Assembly (NCBI GenBank): GCA_963575745.1
Contig: CAUYUJ010000139.1
Location: forward strand, 62,001-117,723
Origin: Prorocentrum cordatum
Lineage: Eukaryota
Length of the DNA stretch: 55,723 bases
Reading direction: 5' to 3'
Within the stretch, counting starts at the first letter, position 1. Each line of letters starts with the position of its first letter. Below the pieces are notes generated by a model that saw only the letters and a program-made list of their open reading frames with translations, was not told where the DNA came from and searched no databases. The position numbers and the translations under genes are program-made. Below, one piece after another: positions 11,430-23,263 of the stretch.

Positions 11430-13730
11430 GCGGAGTTTCGAGAGCCACCGGCGGAGCTTCGAGGGCCGCCGGGGCGTTGCGAGGGCAACTGGAAATCGGG
11501 GCGCTGCTGCCTGGCAGCCTACGATTCCACTGAGAGTACGCGGGCGAACAGAAGGATTCGAAGTGTGGCAACGCGCAGAACTACGAGGACCGCCAGGGCG
11601 CGTGGGCCACCGGCGGCAGCTAGGAAGGCCACCAGCAGAGCTACCAGGGTCACCGGCAGAGTTTCGCGGCCCACCGCCAAGGCTTGGAGGGCCACCTGCA
11701 GAGCAGCGAAGACCACCGGCAGGGCCGCGAAAACCGCCGGCAGCACTCCTAGGGCCGCCAGCGCAGCTGCATCGGTCAAATGAAACGCTACGAGCCCTGC
11801 CGCCCGAGCCTCGAGGGCCAGTGGCAGCGCCCCAAAAGCGACCGGCAGAGCTACGTGGGCCAGCCGCGCAGCTGCGACGGCAACGAGCAGGACTAGGAGG
11901 ACCGCCGGCGGATCTGCGAGGACAGCGCGCATAACGAAGAGTACCACTTGGCGGATTTACGCGGGCAGCCGCCAGAGCTACCAGCTGGTACCAGAGCTAC
12001 GTGCAAAGCAACAAGGTCCACTAACAGAGCGGCGCGAGCATGGCAGAGCTTCGAGGACCACTGGCTGAACGCTGAAATGGGCCGCCAGATGAGCTACCCG
12101 GGCCACGAGCTGAGCTGCGAGGGCCGCGTGTCGAGCGACGAGAATCGCCAGCGGAGCCACAAGGGCAAACTGCTGCGCTACGAGGGCAACCGCCAGAGCT
12201 GCGAGGGCCGCCGGCTCAGCTGTTGGCGCCGCCTGCTGAGCTACGAGCGCCGCAGGGATGGCTGCGCGGACCGCTAGCTGAGCTACCAGGTCCACCAGCT
12301 CACCTACGAGGGCCAAAAGCTGAGTTCATTGGGCCAAAGGCCGAGCTACGAGAGCAACCAGCTGAGCTAGGACGGATGAAAGGGCCACCGACGCAGATTC
12401 CACGGCCACCTGCAGAGAGACGAGGGCAAACAATTTAACTCAGAGGAGGGCCCCAAGCTGAGCTGCGAGGGCCGCGGGCAGAGCTACGAGAGCCAATGGC
12501 TGTCAGGCACTGCGTCCTGCATTATGGATTCTGAATGGATCTTTCCATTCGGAGTGTGGATTTGCGCATGGATCCCGCGGCGCGAACCATGGAACATCAT
12601 GCAACAACTGGTGCGGTCTCCTGCTGTGGATCATGTGTGTATTTTTTCCCACTGCAAGGCGATGTAAGAGCGCGCGGGGTCCATGCGCTGCAACGGGAGA
12701 AAATCCAGAAGTGGCCCGAATTCATGCGAAAATTCAGGCCAGTATCTATGAGAGTATGCTGCACATGGCCAGCGGCGGTGCGCAACGAGAAACCGGCAGC
12801 ATAAGTCCACGCATCGCGTCTGCAACATGTCGTGCCTGATAGCTGAGCTACCAGGACTTCTAGATGAGCTACGAGGACCACTTGCCGATCTACGAGGGTC
12901 ACAACTTGCACTTCAAGTGCAGCAAGAAGAGCTTCCAGGGCCGCCAACTGGGCTACGAGAGTCCCTGGCGGATGCTTGGCGGGCCACAGGCTGACCTACA
13001 ACGGCCACAGGCAGACCTCCCAGAGCCACCTTCATAGCTACGAGGGCCACTAGCTGAGCTACGAGCTGCGCTACGATAGCCACCGGCAGAGCTGGATAAC
13101 CAGCTGTTCCACCAGAGCTAGCAACAAAGCTACGAGGGCCACCAGCTGAGCTGCGACCCCCACCCGCTGAGCCAGGGGAGCAACATGCAGGGCTACGCGG
13201 ACCACCAGCTGAGCCACCAGGGCCAGCCGTTCTACTACGAGGCAGCGACACGAACGCCAACGCCCACAGAAGGCCTGGACAATCAAAATGCCGATCGCTT
13301 TTGGGGACACGATGGAGAGCAACTTCGGTAGGGAGTACCTCGATTGCGCGGTGTTGGAACTGAGCGTCCACACATTGAAAGTTCGGAGGGCCGACGGTTC
13401 GGAGGAGAACGCCCCCCGCTACGTCATCCGCAGGAAGCCACAAACTGAGCTACGATAGCCACAAGCTGAGCTACGAGAGCCGCAATCAGGGGTACAAGGA
13501 CCACTGACTGAGCTACGAGGGCCACCAGCTGAGCTACCAGGGCCACGACCTGGACCCCTTCGGACCACTTAACTGAACTACGAAGAGGACTACCTGAACT
13601 ACGTGAGCTACGAGGACCACCAGCTGCGCTGCAAGGGCCACCTTCTTAGCTACGAGAGCCACCACTGGAGCTAAGAGGGCCACCCGCGGAGCCGCGAGGG
13701 CCACCACCTGACCTACGAGACCCCGCGAGA
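11430..13730 (+). repeat. Degenerate ~21 bp minisatellite (GCTGAGCTACGAGGGCCACCA), interrupted at 12503-12839 and ~13250-13440
   Basis: GAGCTACGAGGGCCAC recurs dozens of times, for example at 13510-13545. Confidence 0.8.
12503..12839. mobile_element. MITE-like insertion (337 bp) with imperfect TIRs and a 6 bp target-site duplication
   Basis: Perfect terminal 8-mer TCAGGCAC (12503-12510) / GTGCCTGA (12832-12839), extending to 14/19 matches. Flanks are TGGCTG (12497-12502) and TAGCTG (12840-12845). Excision restores a minisatellite unit. Confidence 0.65.
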
Positions 13731-13969
13731 AGAACGCCTGAACGGACCTAACACGGGGCCCGACTTCTACCCTTTGTCCGTTCCTTTATGATGAGCCTCG
13801 GGATGTAGGATCGACAGGTGGACTTCCCCCTCCTTGCCCCCCCTTGTCGGACACGGAACGTGGCCCCCCCCGCAGGTCAGGTAAGCTCCCGCGCTGCCTG
13901 CCCGCGGTGCGCGAGTAGGTGCGCGGGGCGGCCGCGCGGACGTTGGGACGCCCCGAGTCGCGCTGCGGC

Positions 13970-13983
13970 AGGCAGACAGAGAC

Positions 13984-14023
<40 letters not shown>

Positions 14024-14078
14024 GCAGGCAGACAGGCAGGCAGGTAGGCAGGCAGACAGGCAGGCAGGCAGGCAGGCA
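13970..14078 (+). repeat. (CAGA/CAGG)n tetranucleotide repeat
   Basis: Read directly. Confidence 0.9.
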
Positions 14079-14807
14079 GAGGAGCAGGAGGAGGAGGAGG
14101 AGGCGAAGGAGGAGGACGGAGGAGGAGGAGGGAGGAGGAGGAGGAGGAGTAAGAGGAGGAGGAGGGAAATAAGGAGGAAGGGGGGGGAGGGGGACAGGGG
14201 GGAGGAGGAGCAGGGGAGGACGACAGGTGTTTTTTTTATGATGGTGGCGAGGAGGGTGAGGAGGGGAACGATGAGGGTGAAAATGAGGATGATCATAATG
14301 ATGATGCTGATGTTGGTAATGACGGCGATGACGACGATGATGGCAATGGTGACAATGATGATGCTGATGATGATGCTGATGCTGATAATGACGATGCTGT
14401 TGCTGCTGATGATGATCAGGATTATGACAGTGGTTATGAGGAGGAGGACCATGCTGATGAGGATGATGATGAGGATGCTAATGATAATGATGAGCAGGCT
14501 GAGGAGGAGGAAGAGCGTGAGAAGGGGGGCTGGACCAGCCTTCGTTGTGATGATGGCGCGGAAGGCGAGGAAGGGACGGACGAGGATAAAGCTGGTGATG
14601 GATGGTGATGACGATGGTGATGATGATGCTGTTGATGGTGATGATGATGGTGATGCTGATGATGTTGACGATGATGATGGTGATGATGATGATGCTGATG
14701 ATGATCATGATGATGATGATGATGATGACGACGATGACGATGACGATGATGCTGATGATGATGCTTGTGCTGCTGCTGATGATGATAATGGTGATGTCTA
14801 CGATGAT

Positions 14808-14838
<31 letters not shown>

Positions 14839-14925
14839 ATCATCATGACTTTATGATGCTGATGATGATGGTGGTGGCGATGGTGATGGTGATGGTGATG
14901 GTGATGCTGCTGTGGACGATGGTTG

Positions 14926-14982
<57 letters not shown>

Positions 14983-14985
14983 CGA
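14079..14985 (+). repeat. (GAG)n and degenerate (GAT)n microsatellite
   Basis: Read directly. Confidence 0.95.
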
Positions 14986-15124
14986 TTATATAGGCTTACG
15001 CCACATCCGCCGACCCCGATATACACTACTGCGCCTCCAGGACTGCATTCCACGAGGCCTCGGGCAGAATTCCGAAGCAGGGGCGAGGAGAAGTAGCAAG
15101 AATGCGTCAAGCTCAGGGTAGTGT

Positions 15125-15912
15125 GTGGCACGCTCTGGGATGTCCGTTGGGATCTCGTGGCGAGGATTCTGGCGGGCCTCTTCGAGGCGGTTTCGAAAGG
15201 TCTTGGGGGGCGTTTTGGGGCTTCTTTTGGGCGTCTTGGGGGCTCCTTGGGGCCTCTTGGATGCCTCATGGGGGCCTCTTGGGGCCGCTGGGGGGCCTCG
15301 TGGGTCCTCCAGAGAGCTTCGTTGGGCGAAGCGCTGGAATTCGCAGTTCGTGGCCCCTCTCTTGGGCCCTTCTTTGGGCCGTCTTGGAGCTCTCTTGGGC
15401 CGTCTAGGGCGCCTCTTGGGCCACGTTCGAGTTCTTTTGGGTTGTCTTTGGGGCCTCCTGGGGGCCTCGTGGGCCGTCTTGGTGTGGTCCTGGGGGCCTC
15501 GTGGGGGCCTCGTGGACGGTTTTCAACGCCGTGAAGGCGAACAAGCTGGATATGCTAGAAATGCACGTTTTCCCAAGGGAATTTCAAGATTTGGGTTTCT
15601 TGGGGGCTTCTTGGGAGGCCCCTTGGAGGCTTCGTGGGGTGTCTTGGCGGCCTCTTGGGCCGTTTTGAGCTCATCTTGGGCGTCTTGGAACGATCTTTCG
15701 TCGACTTTGGGTTCTCGTGGACCGTCTTGGCGACTTCTTGGAAGGCGTCAAGTCCCTTTCTGGCTCATCTTGGACCCCCCCCTGGCGCGCATTGTCCGGG
15801 GTCGTGCCGGGTCCGGGGGGGGGGGGTCAAATTGTCGGTTTGGGGTCCCTGGGAGGGGATGATGGGGGGAACAAAGTCACACGCCTGGAGACGCACAAGG
15901 GGTCGGCGGATT
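15125..15912 (+). repeat. GGGCCTCTTGG-type interspersed repeat ending in a CACGCC...GGCGGATT hairpin
   Basis: Degenerate ~11 bp units. The terminal motif is at 15880-15912 and abuts (GAT)n. Confidence 0.65.
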
Positions 15913-16006
15913 ATGATGATGGTGATGCTGATGCTGATGATGCTGCTGATAATGCTGATGGTGATGAAGCTGCCGATGATGCTGCTGCTGCTGCTGCTGC
16001 TGATGC

Positions 16007-16047
<41 letters not shown>

Positions 16048-16075
16048 GTGACGAAGACGATGATGATGCTGATGA

Positions 16076-16116
<41 letters not shown>

Positions 16117-16150
16117 ATGATGGTGACGAAGACGATGATGACGCTGATGA

Positions 16151-16182
<32 letters not shown>

Positions 16183-16942
16183 ATGGTGATTGAGACTGAT
16201 GATGAGGATGCTGATGATGCTGATGATGATGACGATGATGATGCTGATGATGACGGTCATGACGATGATGACGATGATGATGCTGTTAATGCTGATAACC
16301 ATGACGATGACAATGACGATGATCACGATGGTGATGATGCTGATGATGCTGCTGCTGATGATGATGGTGCTGCTGATGATGATGCTGCTGAGGATGACGA
16401 TGATGATGATGATGATGCTGCTGTCAATGCTGATGATGCTGGTACTGGTGGTAACGGCGATGTTGCTGACGATGAGGAGGATGACACTGATGATGCCGTT
16501 CATGCTGATGATGTCTTTATTTATCTGATAACTTTATCATTGTTGTTCTGCTGGTGCCGATGATGTTGACGATGACGATGACGATGATGATGATGCTGCT
16601 GCTGATGCTGCTGATGATGATGGTCATGATGATGATGATGCTGCTGATGATGATGATGATGATGATGATGAGGATGATGATGATGATGATGATGATGCTG
16701 ATGATGATGATGATGCTGATTATGATGATGATGATGATGAGGAGGATGAGGATGCTGATACTGATTACGATAATGAGGATGACGGTGGTGGCGGTGACGA
16801 TGATGCTGACGTGCAGGTTGATGTTGCTGATGATGTTGTTGATGCTGGTAATGCTGATGCTGCTGATGCTGACGATGATGATTATGATGCTGATGATGCT
16901 GATACAAATGCTGCTGCTGATGATGATGAGGTTGATGATGAC

Positions 16943-17001
<59 letters not shown>

Positions 17002-17371
17002 GGAGGAGGAGGAGGAGGAGGAGGAGAGGAGGAGGAGAGAAGGAGAAGAGGGAGGAGGGGAACAGGGTGGAAGGGTGAGAAGGAGCAATGGGAGGAGGGG
17101 AGGAGGAGGAGGAGGAGGAGGAGGAGGAGGAGGACGAGGAGGAGGAGGGGAGGGGGAGGAGGGGGAGGGGAGGAGGGGGAGGAGGAGGAGGAGGAGGAGG
17201 AGGAGGAGGAGGAGGAGGGGGAGGAGGAGGAGGAGGAGGAGAGGAGGAGGAGGAGGAGGAGGAGGAGGAGGAGGAGGAGGAGGAGGAGGAGGAGGAGGAG
17301 GAGGAGAAGGAGGATATACAGGAAGAGGAGGAGCAGGAGCAGGAGGACGAGGGGGTGAGGAGAATGGGAAT

Positions 17372-17408
<37 letters not shown>

Positions 17409-17516
17409 TAGAGAGAGAGGAGAGAGAGATCAGAGAGAAGAGAGAGAGAGAGAGAGAGAAGGAGAGAGAGGGAGGGAGGGAGGGAGAGGGAGGGAGGAGG
17501 GAGGGAGGGAGGGAGG

Positions 17517-17560
<44 letters not shown>

Positions 17561-17580
17561 GAAAGAGAGAGGATGGAGGA
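15913..17580 (+). repeat. (GAT)n to (GAG)n to (GA)n/(GGGA)n microsatellite field
   Basis: Read directly. Confidence 0.95.
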
Positions 17581-17817
17581 AAGGGGCGGGGGGAACATTA
17601 GAGGATGAGGAGCGGCATGCTTCCACCTATTCCTATCGCGCTGCCGCTGCTGCGTGTACCACTTCCACTGCTGCTCTTCCTCTCACTCCTTCCCCTCTTC
17701 CTCCTCCTCTTGTCTGCCTCTTCCCCTCCCCACTTCAAGGAGTTCATCCCCCGCAGGCCCGCCCTTGCCAAACTGCTTCGGGATCATTGGCCCTCTTCCC
17801 CATCGTCCCCTGGTCAG

Positions 17818-17874
17818 GAGCGGCAGGACCTGGCGCAGCAGAGCGAGATGGCCATCAGGTACCAAGAAAAGCAG
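17818..17874 (+). CDS. Putative internal exon ERQDLAQQSEMAIRYQEKQ (57 nt, phase 0/0)
   Basis: Pyrimidine tract plus ggtcAG|G acceptor, and a CAG|GA donor. Phase-compatible with the 5518-5606 exon. Confidence 0.5.
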
Positions 17875-17887
17875 GACCTTCATCACT

Positions 17888-17938
<51 letters not shown>

Positions 17939-18060
17939 TTTACACATACATATGCATTACATAGATGTGGCATATGTTCATATTTTTCGTACGTCTGTAT
18001 ACATATATACGCATACGTGTGTGTGTACATACGTGCGCCGATACTTATATACGTGTAGAT
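17888..18060 (+). repeat. (CA)n(TA)n and alternating purine-pyrimidine low-complexity tract
   Basis: Read directly. Confidence 0.9.
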
Positions 18061-19603
18061 AACTAGGTATATGCACAGACTTGCTGGAAAACATGCCCCC
18101 AGCTATATGCAGACTGTGAGTCGACGATGGGGGAGATGAGACCTTCCTCCGATCACCCTCCCCATTTTTTATCTCTCGAGCCTGTCAAGTCATGTGTAGT
18201 GTGCATGTCTGGACAGGCCGGCAAGTGATCACAGGAATCGCTTTTGTTGTCTGTATCCGCGGCCTCGCTGGTCGTGCCCCTGGGTCGCTACCCCGTGGAC
18301 ACGGGACGTTTTTTCGCGGACGCCCCGCGCGGGACGTATCCGTGCGGCCGCGTACACTCGAAATCGATAGTAAGGAATGGTTAACCTTCCCAAGGGTACC
18401 TTTGTTCGCATCCTTGCCTCCTCGGTCCATCCTTCACCCCTTTCGATGGCCAGCCCCGCTCGAGAAGCTTCGGCATGGGCGTCTAAGAGGCTTGCACCCC
18501 TTCGTCATCCTTACTATCGGTTTTGACTGCACCCACGGCCGCGAGGGTGCGGACATGGATACGCTCGGCGCTCGTGATCCCAAGGAGGCCCGCGATTCCG
18601 AGGGACCCTGGGGAGGAGGGCTCCGAGGGGGTGGGCGGGGCGGGCAGGCTCGGGGTGGGCGGGGGCGGTGCCGGGAAGACGAGCGGGATCAGGGATCGAA
18701 TGCAGTCAGCACTGATGGTAAGGATGAGCGACCTCCTCAGGGTACCCACGGCATCCTTGCCTCTTCGGTCATCTTCGGTCCAGCCGCAGCCACTTTCGAT
18801 GGCCAGCCCCGCTCGAGAAGCTTCGGCATCGGCGTCCAAGGACCTTGCACCCTTCTCGCGCATCCTTACTAGCAGTTTTGTCTGTAGGCTCAGGGGAGGG
18901 GCAGAATCGTCCGGTCTGGGAAGATCTGGCGATCGAGACGCCGCCGACGCTCTGAGGTTGATCGACCCACGCGGTGTCAGGAGCGAGCGACAGGGTCGTC
19001 ACGACACGAACCCGCCGTATCCTCAGGGGCAACGTAAGGGGGGGGGCAGGCTTCGGGGGGGGGGACGCGTCGATCCTCAACCGCCCATCCATCGCCAATT
19101 TGGGGGCCCGATGGCCCGCCCCGCCCTGGGAACGTGCGGATTCGCCATCGCGGGCCAACCGCCGATCTTGCGGCGAGGCATCGCCGACTCGGTGCCGATG
19201 CCCCCCCCCCCCCTGCGCGGGTCCCCCCCAGCGCTCCCCGCAGCAGGAGCAGGAGAGGGACGGCCCTCGAGGGGGGAGGGGGCAGGGGCTGCCAGGGCCA
19301 GTGCTTGGCAGGCCGCAGGGCCCAAGGCCGCAGCCGTCTCGGCTCGGGCGGCAGCGTCCACCGGGGCCGAGCCAATAGTCGAGGAGAGGATCGCGCTGAC
19401 CACGACCAAGACGTCGCGGGATTTTGTCGGCGCCGATCTTTCGGCGAGGTACCGCCGATTCCAGGCTGATGCTTGTCCCCCCCCCCTTCGCTGGTCCCGC
19501 CCGTAGTTCCCCCTCAGCAGGAGCAGGGAGGCGGACGGCCCCCGAGTGGGGCAGGGGCTGCCAGGGCCTGCGCTTGGCAGTGCGCAGGGCCCAGCCACTG
19601 GTC

Positions 19604-19748
19604 TTGAGTCGGGCATGTATTCAAAAATGATGTTTGAAAATAGTCAGGGGACGAATTTTCGATTATTTCTTGATTGTGTTTGGGTCTTGCTTGAGTATTT
19701 TTATTGTTTCGTCCAAATACCGCCTGTAGGGGAACATGCCCGACTTAA
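19604..19748. mobile_element. AT-rich 145 bp MITE-like element with 15 bp TIRs
   Basis: TTGAGTCGGGCATGT (19604-19618) and ACATGCCCGACTTAA (19734-19748) are inverted at 14/15. The paralogous segment at 19240-19440 lacks this insert. Confidence 0.65.
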
Positions 19749-20850
19749 CGCTTTCCTCAGCCGTCTCGGCTCGGGCGGCAGCGTCCACAGGGGCCGAGCC
19801 TCCAGTTGAGGGAAGAAACGCGCTGACCATGACCAAGACGTCGAGGGATCTCGTCGACGCCGACCTTGGTAATGGTTCATGTCGGCCTCCGCTGATTCGC
19901 GAGGATGGCCCACGGATGGACGGCGCTGACCCAGATTCAGATTCACACCGGCGCTGACCCAGATTCACACCGGTGTTTCGGCGCTCAGTCGGGTGGGGGC
20001 TTGCCCAGGAGGCTTCAGACCTTGGAGGATTACTCATCTGATGAGGGCGGCGGTGATGTCCATGGCCAATCCACGATTGGAGCTCCAGGGGCTTCCAGAG
20101 CTTGTATTCCTTCTCCAATGGTACCTTATCCGATGCCCTCGCCGTACTTCGGGTGGACCTCATCTGAGTGGCCGCCTGAGGACCCACGAGCCCACCTTGG
20201 GGGGGGGATGGCCTCTCGCACACTTGCACTCTTCCGCCAGATCCCTCCAGTGGCCCTTCCCCTGCACAGCCCTGCACCCGCAACCTGCGCAAACCCAGCA
20301 GGGCTCATGAAAGGCCATGGAGTGGAGAGGTAACGGCGGGCGGCCGGCGCCACCCAAACATACAGTCAACCCTCATAGTAAGGACGGGCAACTTTCCCAA
20401 GGGTACCTTTGCAGCCTTGCCCCTTCGGCCCATCCTTAGCGACGCTCGCCGGCCAACCTCGGTCGAGATACGCCAGCGTGGCTGTACTATCACTAGTACT
20501 ACGTGTGCGTCGCTCCCGAGGGGGCGACGCGCGCGCCGAGAAATTTTGCAGTCGAAGCTCCGCGGCGGGCGCTTTCTGCCCGTACCGCTCGGGAAACGAG
20601 ATGCTGCGAGATGGTTGAACCATATGTTCGGGTCGGGCGCACGCCTCCGAGGAGGGCACATAATGCCCTTGTGTGTCCCAGTCGATAGAAGTGAGGAGGG
20701 AGGAGGGATGAAGGAATGGTGGGCCTCACCGTCTTGGCCATGGTCACCGTTGTATTTCCCTCCGCGCAGGGCCATGTGCTGCTGAGCCGTCCCGCCCTGG
20801 CCGCGCCCCTCGTCGGCCGCAGGCCGCCCAGCCGGCGGGGCCTCCGAGCC

Positions 20851-20924
20851 ATGGTCTTGATGCAGATGGGCGGCATGGGCGGGGGCGGCCTGGGCCTGGA
20901 CGGGCCGGTGCCGGAGAGCCTGAG
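20851..20924 (+). CDS. Exon 1 of membrane-protein gene (MVLMQMGGMGGGGLGLDGPVPESL-R)
   Basis: gccATGG start, GC3-rich codons, and an AG|GC donor at 20924/20925 in phase with the AG|G acceptor at 22082/22083. Confidence 0.7.
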
Positions 20925-21269
20925 GCAGTCGAATCGATGGTTCAAAGAGGGGGTCTTGAGGGATGGGGTCCTAAGGATGGGAGGGGCTTCAAGGGTGGAT
21001 TTGCAGAGGGAGGTTCCGAGTTGGAGATCGACTACAGAATTGATTTGCCCCAGGATTTATCCTTCCGTCGAATCAACGGGGGAGACCCCGAGTGCTCCGT
21101 ATGCGGTCGGGAGCTTTTGGATATTGTGTCGCTCCGCCAGCCGCTGTGCCCACTTCGGCTACGTACATCCCACGTCTGCCTTCGAACGCGGCGAGGGCTC
21201 TCGCTGCTGCGACCAAAAAGGGCCGCTCCGCCGGTTCTGGCTCGCCACTCTTCAGAGCGCGACGCTGGC

Positions 21270-21480
21270 CACGCTCCGGTCCCCGAGCGTCAACCTCCTG
21301 CCCCGCGAAGCGGAGCGAAACGCCATCATGGTGCAAGGGACAGCGTGTGGCCGGGGCCGCCGCCGCGGCACGCTAGGCAAAAGTTCCCGACCGTAGCGTT
21401 GCCCCCCCCCCCTCCCCAGAGGAGGCGGAAGAGGGTTCCATCGCGAGGACCGGGCCGGACGAACGGGTAGGCAAAGAGGC
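21270..21480 (+). repeat. ~200 bp intronic repeat, copy 1
   Basis: High identity to 22885-23105, for example CAGCGTGTGGCCGGGGCCGCCGCCGCGGCACGCTAGGCAAAAGTTCCCGACCGTAGCGTTGCCCCC. Confidence 0.85.
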
Positions 21481-22082
21481 ATCGCGTGTCGCCGTGGCCG
21501 TCGCCGTGGCACGCCAGGCAGTAGTTCCGGACCGTAAGCGGCATAGGCACGAATTGTCAGAACTCCGCGCGGATTGGATCGGCGCGTGCGGCGCCTCAGG
21601 CTCCATCCCACTGCGCTCTCCGCGCGCCAGGAAGGTGGGCCCAGCGCCGACCCAAGCGGAGAGATTCGATGGGCGCTGGCTGGAAGTCTGGTTGATTCCG
21701 CTCAAGCAGGAGCTGCCCTTGTCAGCGTTTCGGGGGAACGCGCCGATTTCGGCTAGATCTGGGGCCCCGCCGCAGGGGCCTCAAACCCTCCAGTTCCCCA
21801 CCCGCGCCCCTCCCAACAACGCCGGCGTCGAGAAGTGATGTCTGAGCGCATATGTTTATGGCCGTTTCCATTTTTCTTTCGCCCCGACATCCGGCTGCTC
21901 CAATGCTTTTGATGCGTGGGCCCCGGAGGTCTGGGCTACTTCCCTGTGGCCGGTTTTTCGCCCTGAGTCGTTTTTCGACAGTCCCGAGTTCCGGCGAGGG
22001 TCCCCCGAGACCGAAATCCGCCAAAAACCGCCCGCTCCAATTTTTTGGGGGGAGTGTCGGATCTTTGAGCTTGGAGCATGAG

Positions 22083-22671
22083 GCAGACCCACGCCAAGTT
22101 TTGGTGGGCGTACTTCGTGCTGATCCTGGCGTCGCTCGTGGTGGAGCTCTTTGCCCTCGACGTATTCGGGGTGCTGTTCGCGGGCCTGATGGCCTTCATC
22201 GTTTGGTACATGGTGAAGAACTCGTGCAAGAACATGAGCCAGTACTGCCTCTTCATCTTTGGCGTCATGTGCATGATCGAGGCACTCTTCGAGCTCCTGA
22301 CGCTGGTCACCGTGATCGGGGGGCGGAGCACCTCTTCGACCACCGAGTCGACGTCGAAAGACGAGGACGGGAATACTGTCGTGTACTACACCACGGTGGT
22401 GGAGGAGACGCCTTTCTACGATTCGTCACAGGGCCTGACCTACAACGCAGAGTCCGTCGGGTACATCCTGTCTCCGGCTGTCATGGTCGTCGGGGCCATC
22501 CTTTGCTACTTCGCCTACCAGGCGTACGATACCAGCCTCTGGGGAGACGACCTCGAGGACGGAAGGATGGAGAACTTCGACAACAGAAGAGGAGGGTTCC
22601 AACGCAGAGGATCCAGGGCAACGTTCGGGGGGATAGGCTCAGCGGGGGTCGCATCGCCTCCCGCTCATTGA
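22083..22671 (+). CDS. Main exon of a multi-pass (~4 TM) membrane protein of unknown function; the 3' boundary is uncertain (possible GA donor at 22557/22558)
   Basis: Clean ORF with strong GC3 bias and hydrophobic segments FWWAYFVLILASLVVELFAL, VFGVLFAGLMAFIVWYMV, YCLFIFGVMCMIEALFELLTLVTVI and VGYILSPAVMVVGAILCYFAY. Confidence 0.85.
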
Positions 22672-22884
22672 TCGCCGATGGGGGCCTCATAGCCCACCCC
22701 GCCAAGTACCGTGCGGATTCGCTATCGGGGGCCTATCGCCGATCTATCGGCGATGAGTCGTCGCGTGAAGCTCGACGGTTCCTCCCCCCCTGAGCTGGTC
22801 TCCCCCCCTGTCGGGAGCTCTGGCTAAGCGGCGTGTCGCGCCGCCTGTTCTGGCCCACCACGCTTCGGCGAGTTACCCTATCCA

Positions 22885-23105
22885 CGTCCCGGTCCCCGAG
22901 CGTCAGCGTCCCAAGCCTTTCCCGACCTCCTGCCCCGCGGAGCGGAGCGAAACGATATCATGGTGCAGGGGACACAGCGTGTGGCCGGGGCCGCCGCCGC
23001 GGCACGCTAGGCAAAAGTTCCCGACCGTAGCGTTGCCCCCCATAGGAGGCGCAGGAGGGCTCCCTCGCGAGGACTGGGCCAGACGAAAGGATAGGATTGG
23101 CAAAG
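22885..23105 (+). repeat. ~200 bp intronic repeat, copy 2
   Basis: Matches 21270-21480. Confidence 0.85.
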
Positions 23106-23263
23106 GAAGGGTTGCGCCATCAGCTGCATGCAGCTGGTTTCGGTCCCGCCGAGGGGCCCATTCCTCGATACATGGCCGCCTCTGGCGCCGGGCAAAATCA
23201 GCTGCGTGAGCTGATTCGCTAACCCTCCCTCTGCCATCCCCTCCCCGTCGTCCGGCCCGAAAG

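Noticed and set aside
13876..13880. Perfect-looking 5-nt micro-exon cgcag|GTCAG|gtaag
   Set aside because: It would break the phase of the proposed 5606-17818 junction and has no other support, so chance is plausible.
22078..22080. ATG given as the start of the 197-aa ORF
   Set aside because: It lies within the acceptor region of the inferred intron. The upstream exon at 20851 gives a better in-phase start.
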